A stretch of DNA of 64,000 nucleotides from Lama glama. Lineage: Eukaryota. This document shows, in pieces, positions 26,511 to 38,310 of the stretch. Where the stretch lies: contig JAPYYK010000103.1 in the NCBI GenBank assembly GCA_028534125.1, positions 1,302,001 to 1,366,000 on the forward strand. The letters are read 5' to 3'. The notes beneath the pieces are model-generated. The model saw only the letters and a list, made by a program, of their open reading frames with translations. It was not told the DNA's origin and did no database searches. The position numbers and the translations under genes were made by a program. The stretch's first letter is position 1. Every line of letters starts with the position of its first letter.

Positions 26511-27339
26511 TTCCTGGCTGAGTGGCCGGCTTCACAGATGCCTGCTCTTCTTGTGTGTGGCCCACTGGACTCCTACTAAGGCAAAACCAAGAGGCTCACA
26601 TGGTCTAACAAGAACCACTGCAGTCCCTGCCGTGAGCAGATTCAATCAGCTGCGCAGGATGAAGTGGGACTTGGGTGGTGAGCACGTTCTGTGCTTCTCT
26701 ACTTTTTACTGGAGAACCTCTGCCAGGCATCTACTTCCTGACTACTCTTAAGTACCATAAGGGTAACTCATATCCTTGTTGGCCCCCAAGTCCCCAGAAC
26801 AATGCTGGTGCACAGCAGATGCCTTTTGCCTCCAGAAGGCAAATGAATTCATGAAGCCGGGTGGACACACTCTTTGAATCAAAGATGAGCCAAGCTTTAG
26901 AAAGTATCTAAATAACCTGACCCCCTCCTCCACCTCCAAGCCCCAGAGAGGGAAGATCCTCTCTCCCAGACACACCATGACATTTGCCAAAGTCACAAAC
27001 CCAGGACTCAAGCTCTAGAGGGAAGCTTGGGGACTAGCATCAAGGCATCACTCAAATCAGCTTAAATGAGATTCCTGAAAATGGAACAGCATTTACCCCT
27101 AAATCAAGCAGCTGCGGCTTCCGTCATTTGTTTCTTTCCTACAATCATTAAGAGCAGCCACTTCCATTGTTCCTGGTGCATTTGGCGGCCTAAAAATACT
27201 TTCCGAAGGCAAAGGTGCACGCACTGGCTGCATCTCAGGCTCTGCTCCTGAGTAACTTAGGATGCATGAGGTTAAAGCAGTAAGAATAATTTAGGGTTTG
27301 GAAAATGTTTGCGAGTGAGTCGACATTTAAATAACTTCA

Positions 27340-27850
27340 TTATCATTCATTGACAGCTTTTTTTTTAACCTGTCAGTGCAATTGATATTTCTATTACCAT
27401 GTTATAACAAACCCCTGCACATTTTAAATACAGTCACCAGATTCCATTAGTCTACCCACTGTCAAGAAAATATCTCCCAATCCATTTTTCATAATACCCT
27501 GAGAATATAACAGGCAATCTACATCAAACAATGACGTGGAGCTGAAGGAAATTGTCTCCTGCTTTCTAAGGATTCTGCCCTGAAATACGTTTGCCTGTCA
27601 GCCTAAACATATAATTTAAATGTGCTGCTGAGACATTAAGATGCACCGTGAACCGAACCAGCTCTCCTCTTGTTTCTTGGATTCCCTGAGCTTTACAGAT
27701 TAACCTGCAGAATTAGAGCAAAGGGGGTTAAACAGCAGGATTAGGGGAAGGCATGTCAATGTGCTAGACAGATAGTTCCACTCTGTCACGTGTCACAGAA
27801 TTTGAAACGAATTTCACTTGTAATTAAAAGGTGTTTATTTTTCAAATGTA
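27340..27850. promoter_or_regulatory. Candidate enhancer: TALE (MEIS/TGIF) plus OTX/CRX motif cluster
   Basis: Five TGACAG/CTGTCA hexamers (27351, 27370, 27459, 27595, 27783), GGATTA (27738), TGACGT (27532), GTCACGTG (27785) and TAATTA in a stretch with no recognisable repeat. Confidence 0.45.
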
Positions 27851-28284
27851 AGGGGAAGTCCCTATGTGTCCTCTCTCATTCCTCTGGTCTTTCTGTGGCA
27901 TTGTTCTTCCTTTCTTTGGATTATTGCATGTGTTCTTGATGCTTCTAGTCACACCGGGCAGCTAAGAGAAACGTGAAATGTATCCGATTTTGATCTGCAT
28001 GCTGCTCTGTGGGAAAGTGGCAAATCTCAAACACAAGAATCGCCACCCACATACATTTCTGCAGTAAGTAAATTGATCTATATTACAGTTAACATTAAAG
28101 ATAGGGGTTACCTTTACCTCTGAAATTTCTTTCAGTTCATTTTTTGAGTATAAAAGTAACCACAGTTGGTACTGATACCCAGGTCTCTGACTATGTTGCT
28201 TAAGAAAGGGAGGGTAGAGTAATTTAGACAGAAGTCTCTGTTCAGTTTTGGGGGAGCAGGCACAGGGAAGAGTATTTTTCTTAC

Positions 28285-28500
28285 CAGGTGATGCCCAAGA
28301 GATCCTTCTGACACGCGTGAGCACGCACACATGCACACACACTCACCCGCGCACTCACACACACACGCACTCGCACACCCACACACTTGCACACACACGC
28401 AGGACTGTCTGTCCCTGGCTGTCCACGTCTGCGCCCTCCCTCTCCGGGGCGGGCGGGTTGCTGCCATCTCTGCAGTGGCAGGTCCTGATGCAGCAGCCCA
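28285..28500 (-). promoter_or_regulatory. Putative (alternative) promoter and non-coding first exon of a minus-strand gene
   Basis: Local CpG enrichment in a CpG-poor window; GC box GGGGCGGGCGGG (28446-28457); (GT/GC)n tract; strong 5' splice site CTG|GTAAGA with the exon ending at 28285; no clear upstream acceptor. TSS position and gene identity unknown. Confidence 0.55.
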
Positions 28501-29487
28501 GGTGACACTACTACTGGTTCCTCGTCACAGATGCCCCCTCCCTCTTGCCACCATGTCTCTGCAAATACAATATCCACCGCTACAGAGACAAGCTGGTGGG
28601 GGTAGGGAGGGCAGAGGACACACATCCCTTGTCATCGATCAAGAGTCCACTTCACAGTCACTTTCCCTGCGATTTCTCTCCAGACAACGCCAGCTGACCA
28701 GCAGCCTTTATCCCTTCTGCGATATCCCAGACTCTTACACGTTACACCGAAATTATCAGTGCTCACAGTTTTCTCTGCTAATAGACTATGTTCTCCGAAG
28801 GCAGGACTAGTTTATATTTATCCTTTCACCCTTCTTTCCACTTATCAAAATTCATTTATGTACTTCCTGGCTGGACTCACATACCCCTTCCTTCATGGAG
28901 CTTTCTCACATCCCTCTGCCGAATGGAATGACTCTCTCCTTTAAACCCCATGTAACTCCTCTGAACCTCTCTTATGTCGCTTTTTATTTTCTTCCATGTG
29001 TTACCCTTGTCTGGGTCTACTCCCCTCACCTGACAGTCATCTGCTTTTCAGCAATTTATGCTTCCTCTTCTGTCTGTCTCTCTCCTCAACACTTTAGCTT
29101 CTCCTTACAATCCAAAAAGGTGCTCAATGTGTCTGATTGAACTGAAGGCACCACCCTGAAATTTATCAGAAGATATAATTTGAGAAATTTCACATGTGTT
29201 TTTTTGCATTTCTTTTTGCAGGGTGAGGGAGCAAGAAAACTTCAGGGTTCCCTGCTGAGTCTGAGTCATCTGGTAATTCTGAGGCATAAATATAAGAGAA
29301 ATTAGGGGCTTACTTAAGGAAGCACACATACAAATGTGTATGTAAAATGTTCTATGCATTAACATTAAAATAATATACATAAATACAGCAATGCAAAACA
29401 TACTATGCATTTATCAATTACAGAGGTAAAGATAAATCTAGGAGGAGAAAGGCATGTCTGCTCAGCAATGTAAAGGGTTCTCTCTTT

Positions 29488-29651
29488 TTATTATTCTAAT
29501 TATTCTTTATTCCTTTCTGCATTGACTCTTTTTAGGGAGGGGAATAATTAGGTTTATTTTATTAGTTTATTTTAACAGAAGTACTGGGAATTGAACTCAG
29601 GACCTCAAGCATGCTAAGCATGCACTCTACCCCTGAGCTATACCCTCCTCC
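29488..29651 (-). mobile_element. Vic-1-type camelid tRNA-derived SINE with 15-bp TSD
   Basis: Minus strand GGAGGAGGGTATAGCTCAGGGGTAGAGTGCATGCTTAGCATGCTTGAGGTCCTGAGTTCAATTCCCAGTAC...AAACCTAATTATTCCCCTCCC with A/B boxes; TSD AAGGGTTCTCTCTTT (29473-29487) / AAGGGTTCACTCTTT (29652-29666). Confidence 0.9.
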
Positions 29652-29794
29652 AAGGGTTCACTCTTTCGATACGACCCTAGTCCTTCAGGCATTTTTGCTC
29701 CAACACACAGTTTCCATTATCATGCTGAGGTTACATCTTCATAGGCTACATTACCCTGCACTCATAATTGATTGTGCCAAATAGTTTATGAATA

Positions 29795-30045
29795 ATAATA
29801 GTGGGCATTCACTCAATGCTTAAAACATACCACAGCTTGGGCTAACTTTGCTAGCTAACTTTGCAAAGATTACCTCATTTAATTCTCATAACACCCAAAG
29901 AGTTAAGTACTAGTATGGTCCACATTTAACAGAATTTTATAGACATAGAGATCAAGACTGAAAGAAGAACAACTTGCCAATACCAATCAGCATCGATGAG
30001 TGGGACCTGGATTCAAACTCAGACAGTTAGTCTCCAAGGCCAGCT
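29795..30045 (-). mobile_element. MIR SINE
   Basis: TTACCTCATTTAATTCTCATAACACC...CCACATTTAACAG...AACTTGCC...CTGGATTCAAACTCAG. Confidence 0.65.
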
Positions 30046-31399
30046 TCCTACAGAGACAAGGTGACTCATCCATTCAAGTCTTGTGCTCTTTGGAAAGATG
30101 GAATAGTTTGCCTGGAATTTTCCAATGGAGCTCCCAGAAGTTAAATCACTCTCATCCGAAAGGATGAACCACAGCTGTTTGTAATATCTGCCAGTTATCA
30201 TCCTAAATCAACTTTCTAGCTGAATAAGGGCCCTTAGCCCAAGTATCTAATAAACCAAGACTCCAAAGGCATTGATGTAGTCTAGAGACTACTGCAGCCT
30301 TTCCCCTACTTGTGAAGAATGTACAGTACCAGACACGAAATGACATACAGAGCCCTTGTGTTAGCATTTTTACAGGAAAATGAATTTAACCTGCAGCTGC
30401 TTATTGTGATGTGCTATTTCTGCCAGACTGCTTCACTTTCCTCTCACCCTGTACTCTGGTTGGCTAAAGGAGCACCAACACTGTCTCACCTGGAAATATT
30501 CAAAAATAAGTAAAATATTTATCCAATGAAGACAATGCTACTCAGTCTTCCTGGCCTTTCCATTAGCACATACAAATAAAAATGATAAAATCTGTATTTT
30601 GGAAGCATAAGCAGCTGATCATCTAGTGGTGACAATGGGATTTACCTGATTCCCTGATATTAAAATGAATCAATTATCCTAAATTATAGAGGCTGTTCTC
30701 TGGGTGTCATGATATAAGGTCATCTTGTTAATTTTTCTTAAATGGTGGGAACCATGATGGTGTGCAACCGAGCTTTTGCTACCTTTAATTTTCCAGAAGT
30801 GAAGTGAAGTTGGAAAATGAGTAAATTACTTCCTCACATGTAATTGGAGAGGGCTGGACCATCTGATCTCTAGATGTGACTGTAACATTCAAGAATTCCT
30901 GTAGCAGGAGGAGTCTGGGGGAACTCTATAATCACAGTGAAGCCTAGGCTGGGGCTTAGAGATAAATATCATCCCCAGATTGTATGAGACAACCAGGAGT
31001 TGGAGCATCAAGGTGGAGGTATATCTTCTTTATCTGTTACATATGATCTGTTCTCTGCCTAGCTTCTTTAAGGATGAAATGATTGAGCCTGGTCAGAAAA
31101 CATTTTTTTTCATTATTGCCTATCATAGCAATATCTTAAATAATCACCATGTATTGGGGGGTCCTGACCTATTATTTGAGGAAAGTTAAAAATTCTAAAA
31201 TGGTAGAGCTTCAGTAAGGTCTTAGAGATAATCTCATTTCTGTTCAATGTTTTCATTTTTTTCAAAATTAAAGTAGTGGGGAGTTTAAGGCCTCCTCTAA
31301 TTATACAGTAGACACATGGAGTTAGACTCACTGAAACCCTGTCCTCCACTCCAGCCCACCCCCACACACACTCTAGTTTACCCTCTTTCAGTAACTTTT

Positions 31400-31552
31400 T
31401 AACACTTTCACACAACCTCTTGAAATCAATCGTTTCCACACAATAGAGTAAGTCTGACCTTATGATTCTGCAGATAAAGAAGCTGAGACTCAGTGTAAAG
31501 TAAGTCAAGCATTTAGCTGAGATAAAGCCATGATGAGAACCCAGGTTTTCTG
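31400..31552 (-). mobile_element. MIR fragment
   Basis: CAGATAAAGAAGCTGAGACTCAG...GAACCCAGGTTTTCTGA. Confidence 0.55.
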
Positions 31553-32449
31553 ATGGTTGTGTTAAGTCATTTCTCAGAATTACAGGTTATCAAACACACC
31601 AAAGTACCTTTATCTCATCAGAGAAAAAAAATATATAAAGCTTGGCCATCTTAGAACTAATGAATGCTATATGAAAGAAACATGATTCTACGTATGGAAA
31701 ACTTAATTCTCCTCCAAAACAAAACCGATAAATTTAAAAAAAACCAGAGGCATAGCTGTATAAGAAACTATGCACAACCACACTCAGGGTCACATCAGAC
31801 TGAAAACTGTGGTTACAGCTGGGAAAGGGACTGGATGAAGGACGACAGTCAATCAAAGTGGATATTAAAAATCAGAAATGATACACCGTGCTTATGGAGA
31901 ACGTACTCCAGTATCCCTCCTGGAATGAAGATTTGGAAGAGAAAAGCCCAGAAACACTTCAGCCATTGACCTTCGCCCCTGCCCGTCTGCGTGCAGTGAT
32001 ATCTAACCGACCCACAGGCAATATCCCTTCACAGAGAGTCTGACGGTCCAGCCAAGTGGAGCTGGAGCTCTAACCTACACGCCCCTCTAGGCCACACGGA
32101 CACTTGTTCACAAGTCACAGGAGAACTGCCAGGTCCCACTTCCCTCAGCTTTTCCAATTGTATTTAAAAAGCAAGTAGTCCAGGAAAAGTCGGCAGTCCC
32201 ATCCAAAACCTTACCATAGTCCCTTCCCTGCATTCTTAGATGCTTCAAGCTGAACACAAATAGAAACGAAAACACTCAGACCTCCTTTGGCTTGCATCTT
32301 TCTGGGGCACTGGTGGCACCAGAATATTCGGTAACAGATGCTGCAAAACATTCACCAGGAAGTCCAAGGCTTCGATTCTTCCTGACCAGACACAATACGC
32401 AGTTAATCTAATTATCAGAAAAACAGTGCTGTGATACAGTGTAATGGTC

Positions 32450-33022
32450 CATTCACTCACTCATCCGACAATTATTTGTGCTGTGTCTCCCATGTTCCAG
32501 GCCTTGTTCTGGGCATGGGCAACAAAACAGAGAAAGGAGAAAAAAGCAAAAAAAATTGCTGTTCCTGTAGAGCTTACATTCTAGCAAAAAGAGACAGATT
32601 AGAGATACATAAACAAATATATAAATAATTTTCCAGGTGACAGTAAATACCACGAAAGTAAAGGCCTTTTGTAAACACCTAGGAAAGTAAAGAGGACAGA
32701 GAGTGAAGATGGGGTGTGTTACGTTACACAGCACAGTCAGAGAGGATCGGTCTGGATGGTATAAGGGGGTGGGGGTGCTGCATATGTTGAGAAAGAGTGT
32801 TACAGGCAGAGAGAAAAGCAAGCGCAAGGACACTGAGTTAGGTCCAAGGTGAGGGTGATCCAGGAGATGACCATGCCTGGAGCCAAGGACATTAGCAAGG
32901 AGGAGCGAGGCTGGTCCCTCTCCAAGGTAATAGCACCCGGACCACACTGAGCCTTGCAGGCCACGTTCAGCCTTTGGAAGGTTCTGAGAAGTGGAAGAGC
33001 TTGATCTCACTACGGTTTTAAT
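32450..33022 (-). mobile_element. L2 (L2a-like) 3' portion
   Basis: CATTCACTCACTCA tail, TGTTCCAGGCCTTGTTCTGGGC, GAGCTTACATTCTAG, CAGGCAGAGAGAAAAGCAAGCGCAAGG, GAGCCTTGCAGGCCA, typical antisense L2. Confidence 0.75.
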
Positions 33023-33049
33023 AAAGTGAAGTTTCTAGATTGGCACGTA

Positions 33050-33190
33050 GAACTCAGTTTCCCTGTCTGTAAAATAAGGATCAAAATGCTATCTGTCTCA
33101 TGGGATTGTTAGAAGGGTTCAGTGAGCTGCTTCCTGGAAAACACTTGGCGTTGAGTAAGCACTTATCACCGTAAGCAGTTATTACTGTGG
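33050..33190 (+). mobile_element. MIR 3' half
   Basis: CTCAGTTTCCCTGTCTGTAAAATAAGGAT...CTCATGGGATTGTT...AGTAAGCACTT. Confidence 0.65.
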
Positions 33191-33999
33191 TTGATGGTTA
33201 GTTCAGGAAAATCTGCTTCCAAGGAACAGAGTTAAGAGATAAAATCTGAAAGCCCAAAGGACAAAAATTATATAGGACGTAACAGTTCACCCACTTAGAA
33301 CTTGTCTTTTTTTTTTAATTTCAGTATGTAGTGCCATTTATTCAAGAACTACTTACCTTATATCATAAAGGAAGTGAAAAAACAGAAACAAATAATGGAA
33401 AGTGAGATGCAACATGATTTCTTAAAACTGAGATCATTTTTCTTCGTATACATCCCTGGAGGATATTCAGTAGGACATGTTGATCACAATGGGGACTGAA
33501 ATTTGTACACTGGGCTTCAAAGGCTGAAATACTATGTAAACCAGATTTCATCCTCACAAAACATCAGGAAGCACTGCCTAATCCAGGTGAGTTGGTGGCA
33601 TATTATTTTAGAGAACTAAACTTATTTCTGAACAGGACTTGTTTCTGATACCGTGATCCAGACTCTTCTAAAAGCTTTTGGGCCTATAACTTATTATTGT
33701 TCATCTCCCAAGGCCACCCAAATTGATTTTCTACATACATCCCTGCTTTTTACAGTCCTATTTTTCAAATTCCATTTCTCTCATTTTCTCAAAAATAGTA
33801 TGTCCTCCAATTCACCTCCATTGAGCAGCATCTTCAATTTTCAATATCTGGCTCCAGTTTCTAATTGCACCAATAACTCCTTCAACTCAAGGCCTTCACA
33901 TTTCTCTCACTTTAGAACATTTAGTGTTTATATGCCTACCTTACAAGAAAAGCGATTAGGGGTCACCCTTTCAAGAGGAGTAAATGCCAGGACTTGTCA

Positions 34000-34195
34000 C
34001 AGTAATGGGCTCTGAAGTTGCCAATGCAGGCTTTGCCAAAGACCTGCTGAGTGACCTTGGGCAAGCTGCCCAGCCTCTCTGGGCTGTTCTTTAATAATGA
34101 TGATTGACCTCACAAGGTTGCTGGGAGGAATCACTAATCAATCTGGTTGGGAAACAGTCAATACAGAGTGCTTTATAAATATTTACTAATAAACA
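34000..34195 (+). mobile_element. MIR SINE
   Basis: GCTGAGTGACCTTGGGCAAGCTGCCCAGCCTCTCTGGGC...CCTCACAAGGTTGCTGGGAGGA. Confidence 0.65.
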
Positions 34196-34487
34196 ATGAG
34201 CTCACTGCATCTGAGAGCCAAAAGATTTGCATAATCACAGAAAACCCTGTCTGGACCCCAGAATAAGTCAACATAGTGCCTGAAATGGTTCTTGTCTCAA
34301 AATTTTAGGCTATCTGCATTGCGGGATGTATCCTGAGAGAGGGGAATGAATCAGATCAGTGAACGTTTAGTCACCTACTAGACAAAGAAAACAATGATTC
34401 TAGTCCAGCCAACTAAACTAGTAAAATTAAATGCAGGGAAAAAAGTATATATAATGCTTTTATACTAAAGTGTGTGTACAACTGAGC

Positions 34488-35070
34488 TCATCACTCAACA
34501 AACCAGGTGAACTGAGGACAATATATAACAGACACTGTTCTGGATACTGGGGATAAGATATCTGATAAAACAAGCAAGGATTCTGGTCTCACAGAGCCTT
34601 CATTTTAGCATAAGAGACAATCAATCCCACCATTAAGACTATCTGTTATTTTCTTGTTTGCATTAAGTACTCGGATGAAAACAAAAGAGGGTCTTGTTAA
34701 AACTGACAGTGTGGCCACCGCTGTAGATTGGATGGCCTTGGAAGACCTCATATAAGTGTACATTGGAATTAGAAGAAACATAGTGCTAAGGCTTTAAGGT
34801 ATATCCAAGAAACCACAAGAAAATTGTATGCTTAGAGCTTAGAGGGGGATGAATACAGAAAAATTGACAAGGGCTATATCATTTAAGGAGTATAGGGTAA
34901 GAGGTTTAGATTTCCTCCAGTGTGAGATTATGGGCAGAGGAGGGATTTGGCCAAAGCCAAGTCAGAAATCAACAACATTTTTTAAAAGATCACTTTGGCT
35001 ACTTGGTGGAGAATAAACTAGAAAATGGAAAAAGCAGAGGGTCCAGCTGGGTGGTAAGAATGGCCTGGAT
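34488..35070 (-). mobile_element. L2 fragment
   Basis: CAGACACTGTTCTGGATACTGGGGATA...TCTCACAGAGCCTTCATTTTAG...TTTTAAAAGATCACTTTGGCT. Confidence 0.65.
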
Positions 35071-36774
35071 GAGGCACTCAGGCCAGGAGTCATTCCTGAG
35101 CTTCACTGAAAACCTGAAAAGTGAGGAATACTTGTAAGCTACCATCAAGTTATCAAGTGCACCCAAACATAGTAATCTACAATTTTTTCTATTAATATTT
35201 CATAATAATTTCAATTCACTATGTATAACATGTTCTAGGTATAACTCAGCAATTTCTTCAACTTACACTCTTCTTTAGCACAATCCTGATTCAACCCCTG
35301 GTGCTTCCCTTCCACTTAGGACTAGACAATTTCAGAGATGTTCTGGTTACAGTACACTCCAAGGAGTGTGGCTTGACATTGAGGGTGTAGTTTCTGTAAT
35401 CATGAATAATTCAGCAGTGTATTAGTTATGCTTTATTATCATTGTTAACTTCAACTTGAGCCATAGTTTTAGCATTGTGGATTTTTTTTTTTTTTAATCA
35501 GCAGAAGCTCATCCATCACTTTGCATCCCAGGGATTTACCAGGTTATTAAGTTTGCTATTTATAGCAACAATTGTGATTTAAAATAAGAATCGGTATTTT
35601 GTGTCCCTGACATCTAACCTTAGGTTAAGCACAGGATCTCCAGATGGATTTTTACAGGAAGTAAAATGAAAGCATGCAGCCAGAGATTAATGTCAGCACA
35701 GTGCTCAAGAGAATGAGCTCTCTGGCTGCTTCCCAGAAGAAAAATGGTCAGTAATGTAGATTTTGTGTCTCAGCCACACAGAGGGGTGGCAGAGGAATGA
35801 CAGGCAGGATGCCCTGGCACTTCCACATCAGGGCACACGAGCCTAATTTTCTCAAAATGAAGTAGGATCTACCAAAATCCTGTTCAGAGATCGCCTTAGG
35901 AAAGGCATCTCCAAGACTCCTCACTTAAGTCACTCAATCCTCAGTGACTTCTTACTGAGTATCATTTACGGGGTTAGCTGTGAGCTCAACTTCCCTCCAC
36001 TTCACCAGGTAATGTCTGTATCTCTTGGAAATACCACCACCGTGAACACCAACCTAATCTGTCTTCCCATCCTGGTACCTGAAGATGTGATGTTTCCATA
36101 CAGTTAAGAGGTTTTCCTAGAGTGATATTTCCACGGATGCAGACAGGTTCCTTTGCACAGCGCCGAGCATGCGGCCTTAAGTAATTAATGTTTCTGACAG
36201 TGATGAGATTAATGAGAATCAGCTACTATTTTCATGCTTCCAAAGGCATTTCAATCCTTATTTGCTTTAGAATGTGTTTGAAAACCTAGAGAGAGGACTT
36301 TTCTTTTTGCCACAGCTGGGGTTTTAATACAAATTATTAATATACAATCTTCTCTAAAATTCAGGGAACAAAACTCAAGCTGCTTCATGGGCTTGAGGAG
36401 AAAATCCAATTGTCGGTCTGCTTCTGAAAAGGCAGAACTCTCTATTCAAAAAAACGGGCACAGCCCTCTGTAAAAAAGAAAATGTTTTGTCAACAGTGGA
36501 AAATAAAATAAATATTCGACCTACTTGTCATGACAGACTTCTGGGACCTGTTGGATTAGAATTCTGGAGAAGAACCAGGGAATATGCAGATTCTGGGAGA
36601 GTCTAGTCCCTCTGGGAACACAACAAGTGTACAGGTTCAACAAGCCCCACCCCCCAAAGATGAATCAAGTGTCCTGTGCAGAACTTTCTGTGATGCTGTG
36701 GTGCAGAGAAGAGACGCAGTGGGATGGGCATGACTGAACAAAGCAGGGGCTTCTTCTAGAGCACCTGGCCAGGT

Positions 36775-36915
36775 ATTCTTACAGACTTCTGTACTTGAGA
36801 GATGGCAAAAACAAGGCTCTAAGAACTGCGAGAACTTGGCCAAGTTCACACAAGGGGCAGAATCTGGTTTCAAATGTCACTCTGACTGACTCCAAAGTCC
36901 ATATTCATAACCTCT
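36775..36915 (-). mobile_element. MIR fragment
   Basis: AACTTGGCCAAGTTCACACAAGGGGCAGAATCTGGTTTCAAA...TGACTCCAAAGTCCAT. Confidence 0.6.
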
Positions 36916-37142
36916 GTCTTAGACAATCCCAACACAGTGCCCACAAATGAACTGAAGATGTCAGGTCTCCCTGACCCTTACTCCCTACCTATGCATGGCC
37001 CTGTGGTAGACACAGGCAAGTCATATGTAACCTAGGGATTTGTTTTGGGGCAGTTATTTAACCTTTATGAGCAGTCCAAGAACAGACAGGGTTTCTTTTA
37101 AATATCGAGATTCAACCAATCACTATCTGTGAGCTTTCTTCC

Positions 37143-38310
37143 CAGTACTTTTCAGCTGGGGTGCCACCATCCCCTAGGGGACTCTACGGAAATGCACGGG
37201 ATGTGTTAGTATTGTCGTCATGACTGAGGGTGTCTAGAGCAGAAGGCTGAGGGATGCCAGGTGTCATCACACAATTCTCAAATGCCCCATTAGGTTTTCA
37301 TGGAGTACAAAAGTATCTCTAAAGCCAAATTCTATTTTACATATAAGCATAATTTTTTCCCATTACTAATATATACGAAATTTTACAAAGTATGACTCCA
37401 AGTAACTCGAGGGAAGATTTCATTTTTTTTTCTTTGATTGAGAACTTTACCAAGGGATGCTCATTATTTCTAAAAATCTCATAAGGACCTCGTGGAACCT
37501 GGGCTGCCAACCCTACTCACTACCTTCATCGTAACTCTTCTTTCTAATAATTTTACTTCTAACAGTGTATTGTAGGAACAATGACATATTAAAATACAGC
37601 TTATAATGCATCCATTATATTTCTTTTATCTCTACTTTTATTTACACTGAATGATGTGCATAGGTGAGCGTGGTAGGCAGAATATTGCCTCCTCCTTCAA
37701 AGATGTCCTTTCCTAACAGATATGTGAGATTATCGGACAAAGGGGATTTCACATTTATAACTGAGATTATTAATCAGTTGATCTTTAAGTGGGGAGATGA
37801 TCTTGGATTATCTGGGCAGACACAATATCATGTGTGCTCTTGAAGGCAGAAGGAAATAAACAGAAGAGTAAGTCAGGAGCACCTGTGAGAGGGACTGACT
37901 CCTGGCAATGATGCTGGGTTGAAGATGGAGACGGTCATGTGAGAAGAGATGTGAGTGGTCTCAGGGAGCAGAGAACAGGCCCAGATGACAGCCACCAAAG
38001 AAACAGTGACCTCAGACCTACAGTTTCAGGAGCACGGAAGAGAACATTTCTCCCGCGCCACTACATGGGAGCCCAGCCAGTGGACGCCTGAATTTCAGCC
38101 ATGTGAAACTCTGAACAGCAAAGCAGCAGGGTTCACTTGAACTTCTGAGCTACAGAACTGTGAGCATATGTATATACATGGATGCTTTTTCTGGGGTTAA
38201 ATTTACAGTAATTTGCTAGGCAGCAATACAAATACAATACAATTTCATGTGAGACAGTTCTGATAGGAGTAATAATTAAAGAGCTAGGCAGTTGGTAGCT
38301 AGGGTGGTTG
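37143..38310 (+). mobile_element. MER20B-like hAT-Charlie element interrupted by an MLT1 LTR
   Basis: CATGACTGAGGG...GGGATGCCAG...TTTTACATATAAGCA...CGAGGGAAGATT...GAACTTTACCAAG matches the recalled MER20B layout; a weak continuation follows 38241. Confidence 0.6.
37669..38241 (+). mobile_element. MLT1D/E-type MaLR solo LTR
   Basis: GTGGTAGGCAGAAT...AAAGATGTCC...GGAGATGATCTTGGATTATCTGGG...TGAAGATGGAG...TGACAGCCACCAAAGAAACAGTGACCTCAG...ACAGAACTGTGAG...GCAGCAATAC...AATACA. Confidence 0.8.

Noticed and set aside
29580-29651. tRNA-like sequence
   Set aside because: It is the head of the Vic-1-type SINE (tail and TSD present), not a tRNA gene.
32453-33010. Longest ORF (185 aa, minus strand)
   Set aside because: Lies wholly within a decayed L2 3' region, has a non-ATG start and shows no recognisable domain.
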